Shown here: piece by piece, positions 1-8,553 of the stretch
How the letters are laid out: every line of letters begins with the position of its first letter
Numbering within the stretch: the stretch's first letter is position 1
Origin: Planctomycetota bacterium
Lineage (GTDB): Bacteria > Planctomycetota > Phycisphaerae > FEN-1346
Direction: 5' to 3'
NCBI GenBank assembly: GCA_026387055.1
Contig: JAPLML010000066.1
Span: forward strand, 1-33,731
Length of the DNA: 33,731 nt
Translations under genes and position numbers: made by a program
Notes under the pieces: model-generated
Seen by the model: only the letters and a program-made list of their open reading frames with translations
The model's database searches: none
Told to the model about the DNA's origin: nothing

Positions 1-1131
1 GTTCGCGCCCGTCACGATGCCGTCTTCATCATACTCGTAGTGATGCACGAGCGTGCCGCGCGGCACTTCGGTGAGGCCGACGCCGTCGCCCTGGCGGCCC
101 TTGGGCCACTTCATCGGGGGCTTTTCGTCCTGGATGCCGTCGGCGATGAGCTCATCGAGCAGCCGCAGGACTTCGTAGAAGCAGTGGACGCTCTCGATGA
201 CCTGAGCGGTGTTGTTGTGGAAGGTGTTCGAGTTCGGGGCCGCCAGGCCGACCTTCCGGGCCGCCTCCTTGGCCTTCGGGTGAAGCAGCTTGGAGTTGTT
301 GTTGAAGCGCGCCAGTGCCCCGACCATCAAGCTGCTGCGCTTGTTCTTGACGTGCTTGGCGCTCGAGTGCTGGACGATGGACTCATGGATGATCTTCTTG
401 TAGTCGTGGATATCGGCGCAGTCGCCGTCGCTGGTCATGAGGTCGCCGCCGTAGAAGGCGTACTCCGTGGCATCGGTCAGCGACTCGTACTCGGTCTCGC
501 GCTTGAACTCGGGGACCTTCAGCGAGGCGTACAGGTCCACGGTGGCCCAGACGTCGGCCTCGTGCGAGGCGATGTGCTGGCGAAGCTCCTTGAGGGTCCG
601 GACGTTCGGCAGCTTCATGTAGCCGCCGGGGACCATGCTGATGGGATGGACGTGGCGGCCGACGAGCACCTCGCAGATGTAGTTGGCGAGCCTCTTGAGG
701 CGCATCGCCCGCAGGACCACGTCGGTGTGAGTCTTCGCGAGCGGGATGACGCTCGGCGCGCCGAAGAAGTCCGGCGCCACGAGGAAGTAGATGTGGAGCC
801 AGTGGCTCTGGAGCTGCTCGGCGTGAAGGACGACTTTGCGCAGCTTGAGCGTCTGCTCGGTGAGCGTGATGCCCATCGCGTCCTCGGTGGCCTTGAGGCT
901 GGCGGTGCCGTGGCCACAGGCGCAGATGCCGCAGATCCGCGTCGTGAGGAACATGGCGTCCTGCCACGAGCGCCCGCGGAGCATCGCCTCGAAAAACCGC
1001 GGCGACTCGGTGACCTCCATCTTGCACTCGACGAGTTCGCCGTCCTCGACCTTGGCGACGATGTTGCCGTGCCCTTCGACGCGCGTCACGTAGTCGACCC
1101 GAACGTCCAGCGTTTTGGATGCCTTCGCCAT
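1..1131 (-). CDS. hydA: Group 3b [NiFe] hydrogenase (sulfhydrogenase) large/alpha subunit, C-terminus runs off the window
   Basis: Not in the ORF track because it is open at the edge. Manual translation from ATG 1131 gives MAKASKTLDVRVDYVTRVEGHG...RICGICACGH (L1 Ni-binding motif). GAGGGAG RBS upstream; last visible gene of a beta-gamma-delta-alpha operon. Confidence 0.93.
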   Translation of the reverse strand, partial: MAKASKTLDVRVDYVTRVEGHGNIVAKVEDGELVECKMEVTESPRFFEAMLRGRSWQDAMFLTTRICGICACGHGTASLKATEDAMGITLTEQTLKLRKVVLHAEQLQSHWLHIYFLVAPDFFGAPSVIPLAKTHTDVVLRAMRLKRLANYICEVLVGRHVHPISMVPGGYMKLPNVRTLKELRQHIASHEADVWATVDLYASLKVPEFKRETEYESLTDATEYAFYGGDLMTSDGDCADIHDYKKIIHESIVQHSSAKHVKNKRSSLMVGALARFNNNSKLLHPKAKEAARKVGLAAPNSNTFHNNTAQVIESVHCFYEVLRLLDELIADGIQDEKPPMKWPKGRQGDGVGLTEVPRGTLVHHYEYDEDGIVTGAN

Positions 1132-1173
1132 GCGATTGGTGCTCCCTCTTATCGATCGCCGCTCTTGCGTTTC

Positions 1174-1206
1174 ACACGCGCCCAGCAAGCTGGGCGGCTA
1201 AATGGC
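1174..1206. repeat. REP-like hairpin family A, copy 1 (ACACGCGCCCAGCAAGCTGGGCGGCTAAATGGC)
   Basis: 33 bp identical to 28370-28402; internal hairpin GCCCAGC-AA-GCTGGGC; variant at 2965-2989. Confidence 0.85.
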
Positions 1207-1232
1207 CGCCGCGGCGGGCTCGAATGCCGCCC

Positions 1233-1985
1233 TTACGCTTCCTTCGACACTTCGTCGTAAATGCCTTGGAACAACCGAAACTCCCGCAGCACGTCCTGCA
1301 CCGTCAGGCCAAACTCGGCCATCACATCCTTGGCCGCCTGCGTGTTGGGCTTGTCCACCAAGCCCCGGCAGCCGATGCACTTGTGGCCGGCGCTCGGGCA
1401 CAGGTACGGCTTGCAGCCGGCCCGCGTCACGATGCCCAGGCACGGCACGCCCTTGTGCCAGAGGCAGACGTTGTCGGCCAGCTTGCAGTCGACGCAGACG
1501 GGGTAGTTCGGCAGGCGGAAGGGCTTGCCCATCAGCAGGCACGTGGCCGCCTCCAGGAACTCCGCCGGGTTGAGCGGGCACCCGGGGATCTCGGCGTCGA
1601 CCTTGACCTCGGCCTTCTGCGGCCGCGCGGGGATGTGCGGGACCCACGCCCGCCGCTCGCCGTAGACGTAGCGGGCCACGTCGTCCGGGTCCTGGAAGTT
1701 CTTGAGCATGTTGACGCCGCCGTGGGTCGCGCACGCCCCGAGCGCCACCAGGATGTCGGTCTTGGCCCGGATCTCCTGGATCTTCTCAATGTCGTGCGAC
1801 GTGACGATCGAGCCCTCGACGAAGGCGACGTTGTAGTGCGGCACGTCGCCGTCGGAGGCCTCGCGGAATCGCCCGATGTCGGCCGCCGCCAGGATCGGCA
1901 GCAGGTCCGTCTCGCAGTTGATGACTTGGAGCCCGCACCCCTCGCAGCACGAGAGGCTGTCGAACATCAGAACCGGTCTTGCCAT
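1233..1985 (-). CDS. hydD: [NiFe] hydrogenase small/delta subunit
   Basis: SCCEGC, EGS, GACATHGG and IPGCP motifs, plus a C-terminal Cys cluster (VCVDC...CLG...CIGCRG). Start taken at MARPVL (ATG 1985). Confidence 0.92.
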   Translation of the reverse strand: MARPVLMFDSLSCCEGCGLQVINCETDLLPILAAADIGRFREASDGDVPHYNVAFVEGSIVTSHDIEKIQEIRAKTDILVALGACATHGGVNMLKNFQDPDDVARYVYGERRAWVPHIPARPQKAEVKVDAEIPGCPLNPAEFLEAATCLLMGKPFRLPNYPVCVDCKLADNVCLWHKGVPCLGIVTRAGCKPYLCPSAGHKCIGCRGLVDKPNTQAAKDVMAEFGLTVQDVLREFRLFQGIYDEVSKEA

Positions 1986-2007
1986 TCGCGTTTCCTTCTT
2001 CTTTTTC

Positions 2008-2047
2008 AAATCTCAGATTTCAGACTTGAGATTCGCAGTCCGCAATT
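2008..2047 (-). repeat. Degenerate heptamer tract directly after the hydG stop codon
   Basis: Minus strand reads GCGGACT GCGAATC TCAAGTC TGAAATC TGAGATT, a 7-bp periodicity. Confidence 0.55.
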
Positions 2048-2048
2048 G

Positions 2049-2903
2049 TCAGATGCCTTCCCTCAGCTTCTTCACCTGCTCGTACGTGAAAACGGGCCCC
2101 TCGCGGCAGACGTAGATGCCGCGGATCTGGCAGTGGCCGCACTTGCCCACGCCGCACTTCATGTGGCGCTCGAGCGAACAGATGATCCGGTGCTCCGGAA
2201 TGCCCTCGGCCAGCGCCTCCAGGACCGTGAACTTGAACATGATGGGCGGACCGACGATGACCGCGTACGTCCGCGTCGGGTCCACCTCGATCTGCCGGAA
2301 CAGGCGCGTGATGACGCCCACGTTGCCCTTCCACGACGCGTCGCCGCGGTCGACCGTGACGCGCGTGTCGATGTCCTTGCGCTTCGTCCACTCCTCGACC
2401 TCCTGGCGGAAGAGGAGCCACTTCGGCTCGCGCGCGCCGAACAGGATCGTCACCTTGCCGTAGTCCTGGCGGTTGTCGAGGACGTAGCGGATCAGGCTCC
2501 GCGTCGGCGCCAGGCCCAGGCCGCCCGCGACGAACAGGACGTCCTGGCCCTTCATGGCGCTGTAGTCGAAATGGTTGCCGAACGGGCCGCGGATGCCCAG
2601 CCGGTCGCCCTTCCCGAACTTCTTCAGGGCATTGGTGACCATGCCGACGCTGCGCACCGTCAGCTCGAAGGCATCGCCCTGGGTCGGGCTGGAGCAGATG
2701 CTGATGGGCGACTCGCCGATGCCGAAGACCATGCAGCTGACGAACTGGCCCGGCTCGTAGCGCAGCGGTTCGCCTTCGAGGGCGACGCGGAAGAACCGCT
2801 CCGTCTCCGTCATCTGCTCGGCCTCGAGGAGGCGGGCCATCTTCGGGACATACGGGCTCGGCGCGGCCGCGCCCTTCTCGAAATCGACGGCGACTTGGCT
2901 CAC
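2049..2903 (-). CDS. hydG: Sulfhydrogenase gamma subunit (FAD/NAD-binding, 2Fe-2S; AsrB/PyrK-like)
   Basis: PGQF, RGPFG, AGGLGLAP, GPPIM and MKCGVGKCGHC...C motifs. Confidence 0.92.
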   Translation of the reverse strand: MSQVAVDFEKGAAAPSPYVPKMARLLEAEQMTETERFFRVALEGEPLRYEPGQFVSCMVFGIGESPISICSSPTQGDAFELTVRSVGMVTNALKKFGKGDRLGIRGPFGNHFDYSAMKGQDVLFVAGGLGLAPTRSLIRYVLDNRQDYGKVTILFGAREPKWLLFRQEVEEWTKRKDIDTRVTVDRGDASWKGNVGVITRLFRQIEVDPTRTYAVIVGPPIMFKFTVLEALAEGIPEHRIICSLERHMKCGVGKCGHCQIRGIYVCREGPVFTYEQVKKLREGI

Positions 2904-2964
2904 AGGTTTCAGCTCCCGCCCCCGTTCGCGGGGGGCTCATCATCTTGATGCTCGATCCATCGAC

Positions 2965-2989
2965 CGCGCCCATCAAGATGGGCGGCTAA
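2965..2989. repeat. REP-like hairpin family A, variant copy
   Basis: CGCGCCCATCAAGATGGGCGGCTAA carries a compensatory G-C to T-A change in the stem. A partial inverted partner CATCTTGATG lies at 2941-2950. Confidence 0.75.
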
Positions 2990-3006
2990 CCAAGCGGCCA
3001 ACTACC

Positions 3007-3075
3007 ACGCGGTCGCCTTCGGCTCCCCGCTAAAAGCGGCTGGTGTTGCTGTTCAATCCGCAATCCGAAATCCGC
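3007..3075 (-). repeat. Heptamer arm plus TTTAGC-type hairpin composite element
   Basis: Minus strand reads GCGGATT TCGGATT GCGGATT GAACAGCAAC...TTTAGCGGGGAGCCGAAGGCGACCGCGT. The last 28 bp match 27160-27187 at 27/28. Confidence 0.8.
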
Positions 3076-3083
3076 CATGCCTC

Positions 3084-4133
3084 TTATCGGCTGCCTGCGA
3101 TCTGAATGAACGTCTCCTTGATGCTGATGTCGGCGACGCACGCCCGTTCGCACCGGCCGCAGCCGACGCAGCCGCTCCGCCCCGTCTGATCGAGGATGTA
3201 CTTACCCTTGCGGAACATCCGGTGCCTCAGGCGGCTCGAGCGATCCTTGCGGAAGTTCTCGCCGCCCGCCACCTCGGCGAACGGGTCGAGCTGGCACGAA
3301 TCGTAGCGCCGCACGCGGCAGCCCTTCGTCAGGTCCACCGCCACGTCGTCGTCCACGTCCCAGCAGTAACAGGTCGGGCAGGTCGTGTTGCACGAGCCGC
3401 AGGCGAAGCACCGCCGCGCGATCGCCTCCCACACGAGGCTGTCGTACGAGGCGTCGAGAATCTCGGGCAGGTACTTGACCTCGAACGGCAACTGGAAGTG
3501 GAAGTTGCCGCGCTTCTCCTCCGCGAACTTCTGCCGCGCCTGCATGTCCTGTTTCGTGGCCGGCCGGACCTTGGCCTTCTCCACGAGGGCCTCGCCCAGC
3601 GGCGTCTTCACCTCGACGAAGAACCGGTTGCCCTCGGGCGTCAGCATCACGTCGTAGCCGGCCTCCGGGTACAGCGACCCCATGTCGAGGCAGAAGCAGG
3701 TCTCGTCGCACGGGGCCGCGCAGTCGATGCTGACGATGGCCGTGTCGGCCCGCCGCGCCAGGTAGTGCGGGTCCGCGATGTCCTTGGAGAACGCCGCGTC
3801 GAGCGTCTGGATCGCGGTCACGTCGCACGGGTGGACGCCGAACAGGACGTGCGGCTCGTGATCGAGGACCGCGGTCGGCCTGGGATCCGCGCCGATCTGG
3901 TAGGACATCACGGTCTGCCGGGCGGGCCAGAGGAACTTCTTCGGCCCCAGGACCGTGACCGTGTAGTCCAGGCGGACCTCGGCCGGATCCGCGATATACT
4001 CCCAGCCGAACTTCAGGTCGGTCCGGTCCGCCGGCGACGTCTCCTTGAGAACCGGGGCCGCCACCCGACGCTGCGCCGCCAGCGCCTCGATCCATGCCCC
4101 CAGGTCGCTCTTGTTCAGGACTAATGGCAACAT
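3084..4133 (-). CDS. hydB: Sulfhydrogenase beta subunit (4Fe-4S dicluster; AsrA-like)
   Basis: GVHPCD, CFC, CFACGSCNTTCPTCYC and CVGCGRCERAC motifs. Confidence 0.92.
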   Translation of the reverse strand: MLPLVLNKSDLGAWIEALAAQRRVAAPVLKETSPADRTDLKFGWEYIADPAEVRLDYTVTVLGPKKFLWPARQTVMSYQIGADPRPTAVLDHEPHVLFGVHPCDVTAIQTLDAAFSKDIADPHYLARRADTAIVSIDCAAPCDETCFCLDMGSLYPEAGYDVMLTPEGNRFFVEVKTPLGEALVEKAKVRPATKQDMQARQKFAEEKRGNFHFQLPFEVKYLPEILDASYDSLVWEAIARRCFACGSCNTTCPTCYCWDVDDDVAVDLTKGCRVRRYDSCQLDPFAEVAGGENFRKDRSSRLRHRMFRKGKYILDQTGRSGCVGCGRCERACVADISIKETFIQIAGSR

Positions 4134-4201
4134 GCGTGAGTTTCCTTCCCTCTCGTCCCTCGCTCGTGCGGCGGCCGCCTGCCCCGACGCCGGCGCGCCG
4201 C

Positions 4202-4594
4202 TTACTTTCTCATCACGTCGCCGATCGCCTTCAGAAGCCGCTGCGGGTCCACGGGCTTTTCGAGAAAGACCTCGACCGGCATGAACTCCTTGTCCGTCTC
4301 GGGCGAGAACTCAAAGCCCGTCTTCTGCGAGATGCTCGTGAGCATGATGATCGGGATCTTGGCGGTCTTGGGGTCCGCCTTCAGGTCCTGGGCGATGTAG
4401 AACCCCTCGGTATCCTTGGCCATCATCACATCAAGAAGAATACAATCGATGCCGCCCTGGCGGATCCGGGCGACGCCTTCCTTGCCGGTGAAGGCCGACG
4501 CCACGCCGTACCCCGCCCCTTCCAGGATGACCTTCGTGGCTTCGACGACGTCCGGATCGTCGTCGATGATGATGACGGTCTTCTGCTTCGCCAT
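4202..4594 (-). CDS. Single-domain response regulator (CheY-like receiver)
   Basis: IIIDDD, LLDVMM (phospho-Asp), MLTS and EKP motifs. Start taken at MAKQK with a GGGAG RBS. Confidence 0.92.
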   Translation of the reverse strand: MAKQKTVIIIDDDPDVVEATKVILEGAGYGVASAFTGKEGVARIRQGGIDCILLDVMMAKDTEGFYIAQDLKADPKTAKIPIIMLTSISQKTGFEFSPETDKEFMPVEVFLEKPVDPQRLLKAIGDVMRK

Positions 4595-4662
4595 AGCCGT
4601 GCTCTCCCGTAGGTTCGGCTCATCCGAGCCCGCGTCCGGTTCACCCCCGGCCGCGGTCCGCC

Positions 4663-4690
4663 ATACTACCGCGCGGCCGCCCAGCGTCAA
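4663..4690 (-). promoter_or_regulatory. Putative sigma70 promoter for the receiver-hyd operon
   Basis: Minus strand TTGACG-16 bp-TAGTAT. Confidence 0.5.
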
Positions 4691-4726
4691 CCATTCTGCC
4701 GGTCCGCCAACGATACCCCGCGCGGC

Positions 4727-4744
4727 CCGTGAAATCTTTCACAA
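4727..4744. promoter_or_regulatory. Rex- or CRP/FNR-like palindromic operator
   Basis: CCGTGAA-ATCT-TTCACAA compared with the Rex consensus TTGTGAA-N4-TTCACAA; it also fits TGTGA-N6-TCACA. Confidence 0.5.
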
Positions 4745-4848
4745 TCTTCGGCAAAACAAATCGCCCCGAAGGGCCGGCGTATATTAGCAGCATCCCAGAG
4801 CCTGTCAAACACGAAAAAGGGCAAAACCTCCGCCTCTCGCCACCGCCG

Positions 4849-5376
4849 TTAGAGGGGGAACCCGATCCGCTTCCGCCTCGACGCGGGCGGTGGGACCATC
4901 AGCTCCCGGATGGCCGCCACCAGGGACGCAATCTGCTCGTCGTGGCCTTCCAGCCGCCTCTCCAACTCCGCCAGCTTCCGGGCCAGTTGCTTGTGGGCGG
5001 CCAGCATCTCCCGCAATTTCACGAAGGCCCTCACGACGTAGACGCTCACCTTCACCGCCCGCTCCGAGTTCAGGACGCTCGCCGCCATGATGGCCCCGTG
5101 CTCGGTGAAGGCATAGGGGCGGTACCGCCTGCCACCCCGTCCCTTCTTTGAGGTTCCAATTTGGAACCTCAAACAGGCGAACTCCTCTTTGCTGAGCTGA
5201 AACAGGAAGTCGGGGGGGAACCGACTCAGGTTGCGCTTGACAGCCTTGACCAGAATCTTGGTCTCGACGCCATAGAGTGCAGCCAAGTCCGCATCGAGCA
5301 TCACCCTCTCGCCGCGGATCAGGAGAATCCGCTCCTCGATCTGCCCCACCGGCACAATCGCGCCTTCGCCCATCAT
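4849..5376 (-). CDS. ORF6N-domain DNA-binding protein
   Basis: IRGERVMLDADLAALYGVETK..KAVKRN..RFPPDFLFQL, PYAFTEHGAIMAASVLNS and a C-terminal RIGF. Confidence 0.9.
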   Translation of the reverse strand: MMGEGAIVPVGQIEERILLIRGERVMLDADLAALYGVETKILVKAVKRNLSRFPPDFLFQLSKEEFACLRFQIGTSKKGRGGRRYRPYAFTEHGAIMAASVLNSERAVKVSVYVVRAFVKLREMLAAHKQLARKLAELERRLEGHDEQIASLVAAIRELMVPPPASRRKRIGFPL

Positions 5377-5541
5377 GGCTGTTCCCCCTGAGCAAGTCGG
5401 ACGAGCGAAGATACCCGGGCGCGGCGAGACTGTCCAGCGTTCAAGCCGACAGCATTCAAGCCCGCAATCTGCGAGATCAAGAAAAGGCCGGACGCGCCCC
5501 GGCCTACCTCTTTGTCACTCAGTCACTTCGTGACTGGCCGT

Positions 5542-6374
5542 TCAGCAGATGCGCGGCAGGTCTTCGCCGTAGGGCATCTCGAGGACGCGTTCGCCGCCGA
5601 TCGGTGTACGGAGCGTGACTCGCGGACCGACCTCGGCTGGCGGCAGCACCTCGCCGATCACCGCCGCCTCGCGCCCGAGCGGGTGGTGGCGCATGGCCGC
5701 CAGCGCGGCAGCGCACTCCTGGGGCCGCGCCACAACGACGAACTTCCCCTCGTTCGCCACGTTCAGAACGTCCAGGCCCAGGGCATCGCACGCCCCCGCC
5801 ACGGCCGGCCGCACGGGCACCGACGCCTCGTCGATGCGGATGCGAACGTTGGCCGCCTCGGCCAGCTCGTTCACCGCCGCCGCCAAGCCGCCCCGAGACG
5901 CCGTCCCTTCGGAATGAGGCCGATGCCCGACGTATTGAGGAACATTTGGTCGGCGCTGCCGCGCTCCACAACCTTCGTGTCGCCACAGACCACCGGGACG
6001 CCGACCGACCTCGCCGTCGCAGCCGCCGAATCGAGCACCCGGGCCAGCACCGCCAGCGACAGCCCCTCCTCCAGAATGAGCGCGAGCGAAATGGCCAGCG
6101 GACGGGCCCCGAGGCACGAGAGGTCATTGACGGTGCCCGAGACGGCCAGGCGCCCGATGTCCCCGCCGGGAAACTCCAGCGGCCGCACGACGTAGGAGTC
6201 TGTCGTGAACGCCAGAGCCACCCCGTCCGCCTCGACCCGTGCGGCATCCGCAAGGCGCACGAGTTCGCCACTGGAGTCGCCCGGGGCGAACCGGGAGAGG
6301 ATCTCGCGCCGCACGAGGCTCATCGTCCGCTCTCCCCCGCCACCGTCGGCCAGGAGAATCACGTCGTCCGCCAT
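5542..6374 (-). pseudogene. hypE: Hydrogenase maturation protein HypE with internal deletion and frameshift
   Basis: The N-half (TTDSYVVRPLEFPGGDIGRLAVSGTVND, GDTKVVERG, NTSGIG) is in one frame. The C-half (RGGLA...ANEGK...LPRIC) is in another. The usual middle segment (GD...GDHG...SD...RDPT) is missing. Confidence 0.85.
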
Positions 6375-6438
6375 GGGCCTCTCCGCTCGGTCCCTGGTGC
6401 CCCCACTTCATCGTACCCGGCGCCCGCCGCCGGCGAGG

Positions 6439-7251
6439 TCAGGACTTCTCGGAACCCTCGAGCTCCTTGCCGCAGTGGGGGCACCGCCGGCCGCGGCGCT
6501 TCTCGTGGTATTTCTCGACGAAGCCGGAACCCAGGATGCCCGCCGGCAGGGCAAACAGGCCGATCCCCAGTATGGCGACGAAGCCCGCCAGGACTTTGCC
6601 GATGGGCGTGATGGGGTACATGTCTCCGTAGCCGACCGTCGTGACGGTCGCGACGGCCCACCACATGGTCGCCGGCATGCTTGAGAATGCCTGCGGCTGG
6701 GCATCCCGCTCCACCAGGTACATCAGCCCGGAGGCCAGCACGACCAAGATCGCGACGATCACGAACGTGGCCACAAGCTCCCCGCGGCGATCCCGCACCA
6801 CGGCCACCAGGAGCCGCACCGACTCGGAGTAGCGGCCGATCTTCAGCAGACGCATCAGCCTCATCAACCGCAGCACCCGGATGAACAAGAGGTCCGTCGG
6901 GACCAGCATCGGTAGGTAGAAGGGCAGGACGGCCACCAAGTCCACCAGGGCCAGCGGCGTCAGAATGTACCGAATCCGACCGAGAACCGGCCTCTGAAAG
7001 CGCGCGTGGCCCGGCACCACCCAGAGCCGCAGCAGGTACTCCACCGTGAACACGGCGACCGAGAAAACCTCGAACCCCCAAAGCTGCCGGCCCCAGGCGA
7101 CCGACAGGTCCTCGACGGAGTCCACCATGACCGCGGTCACGTTCAGGATGATAAGGGCAATGAGGCCCACTTGGACCGCGTGGCCGAGCCGGTCGTCGGG
7201 CCCCGGTGCTTCAAGGATCTGAAAGAGGCGATGACGAAGCTGCCCGATCAT
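6439..7251 (-). CDS. Voltage-gated potassium channel (ion transporter)
   Basis: 6 TM segments, S4 RVLRLMRLMRLLK, selectivity filter TTVGYGD and C-terminal CPHCG. Start taken at MIGQL. Confidence 0.93.
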   Translation of the reverse strand: MIGQLRHRLFQILEAPGPDDRLGHAVQVGLIALIILNVTAVMVDSVEDLSVAWGRQLWGFEVFSVAVFTVEYLLRLWVVPGHARFQRPVLGRIRYILTPLALVDLVAVLPFYLPMLVPTDLLFIRVLRLMRLMRLLKIGRYSESVRLLVAVVRDRRGELVATFVIVAILVVLASGLMYLVERDAQPQAFSSMPATMWWAVATVTTVGYGDMYPITPIGKVLAGFVAILGIGLFALPAGILGSGFVEKYHEKRRGRRCPHCGKELEGSEKS

Positions 7252-7301
7252 GCCCTCCCCTTCTCGCCCCGCCCACACCGGTCTAGCCGACGGGTCACGA
7301 T

Positions 7302-8267
7302 CTACAGCGTCTCGTAGCGGGCCACGGCGCGGAAGATGCCCGCGATCTCGTTGGGCCTGACAAATGTGGGCGCGTGCCGCTCGTTGAGCGGCTGAAGGCG
7401 GACCCGGTCCTCGGCGTCAAAGAAGACGCGTTTGAAGGTCGTCTCGCCGTCGGTCGGACCGCCGGTCATGGCGAACCGCACGAAGCAGTCGTCTCCGGAC
7501 CTGACCGAGGCGGCCGGGCTCAAGATGACCACGTCCCCCTCGTGGTACTTCGGCGCCATCGAGTCGCCGACCACGCGCACGGCAAAGGCGTTCGGGTCCG
7601 AGAGCTCCGTGGGCGCCGCCACGTATTCGTCGGCGATGCCCACCGGGTAGCCGAGGTCCGTGAAGTCCTGCGGATACCCGGCAGCCACCTTGTTGATGAT
7701 CGGGATCGCCCGGACCGCCGCCTGGGGCGTCTCGGCCCGCGCATCGCCCCACTCGGCCAGATGGTGCAGCAGCCCGCTGCGGTAGAGGGCATCGAGGTCC
7801 GCGACGAGCGCCGTCCCGTCCGGCTTCCCCTGCCCCGCACCGGGGGCCGCCTCCGCAGGCAGCGGTGCCGTATCCGGACTGCCGGGCCTCGCGCCCTCCC
7901 TTGCAGCCAAGAGCGCCCGAATCACCTCTTCCGTCGAGTCGAAGACCTCGCGGAGACGGGCGATCCGGGCCTTCACCGCCTCGGGAAGCGCCGAGAAGTG
8001 CGCCCGGGCCACAAGGGCGTCGCCCTCCAGCCCCAGGGCCTCGGCAATCTTCCGGACTTTGTCGTCTCGGGGCGGCGGCGCGTAACCTGTCTCAATCTGC
8101 GACAAGTACGACTTTGCCATCCCCGTCGCCGCCGACAGCATCTCCAGCGTCATGCCGCGCTTCGTCCTTGCCAGACGGACCTCTTGGCCGAAAGCAGCGC
8201 TCTCCGGGCTTATGCCAAGCAACTGGCGAAGGGCACCCAATTCCCTCAAGTTCTCTTTCAGTCCCAC
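7302..8267 (-). CDS. XRE-HTH plus S24 peptidase (LexA/CI-like autocleaving repressor)
   Basis: HTH (MTLEMLSAATGMAKSYLSQIETG), Ala-Gly cleavage site (VAAGYP), catalytic Ser (GDSM) and Lys (TFKR). Confidence 0.92.
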   Translation of the reverse strand: MGLKENLRELGALRQLLGISPESAAFGQEVRLARTKRGMTLEMLSAATGMAKSYLSQIETGYAPPPRDDKVRKIAEALGLEGDALVARAHFSALPEAVKARIARLREVFDSTEEVIRALLAAREGARPGSPDTAPLPAEAAPGAGQGKPDGTALVADLDALYRSGLLHHLAEWGDARAETPQAAVRAIPIINKVAAGYPQDFTDLGYPVGIADEYVAAPTELSDPNAFAVRVVGDSMAPKYHEGDVVILSPAASVRSGDDCFVRFAMTGGPTDGETTFKRVFFDAEDRVRLQPLNERHAPTFVRPNEIAGIFRAVARYETL

Positions 8268-8405
8268 GGCCTGTCTCCGCGACTTGGTTCCTGGATTTCG
8301 GTCGTCACCGGACCTTCTGTCGGCTCCCGGACATGGGTAGAGCTCAGCAATTCCAGGTTTTTTTCACTCCCCATCAACCATCTTGTCCGCAACCCAACCC
8401 GATCA

Positions 8406-8435
8406 TAAGTTTAGCACATTCCGAAACTTAGTCAA
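8406..8435 (-). promoter_or_regulatory. Putative repressor promoter overlapped by an inverted-repeat operator
   Basis: Minus strand TTGACT-16 bp-TAAACT (TGn-extended). Inverted repeat TAAGTTT-N11-AAACTTA at 8406-8430. Confidence 0.55.
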
Positions 8436-8497
8436 GCGAGAAGCTCCTCGAAATCGAAACTAGACCACGCCTGCCAAAATAAGGCATCAGATTGTGT

Positions 8498-8525
8498 TTG
8501 ACGCAGAGTAAAAGTGTGGTATAAT
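8498..8525 (+). promoter_or_regulatory. Near-consensus sigma70 promoter for the divergent HTH gene
   Basis: TTGACG-16 bp-TATAAT with TGn extension, in an AT-rich intergenic region. Confidence 0.75.
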
Positions 8526-8553
8526 AAGTAGCAAAGGTTGGCGGCTGGCACAC

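Noticed and set aside
4849..5376. ORF6N gene as part of the terminase module
   Set aside because: It is separated by hypE and a K+ channel, and such genes commonly occur alone.
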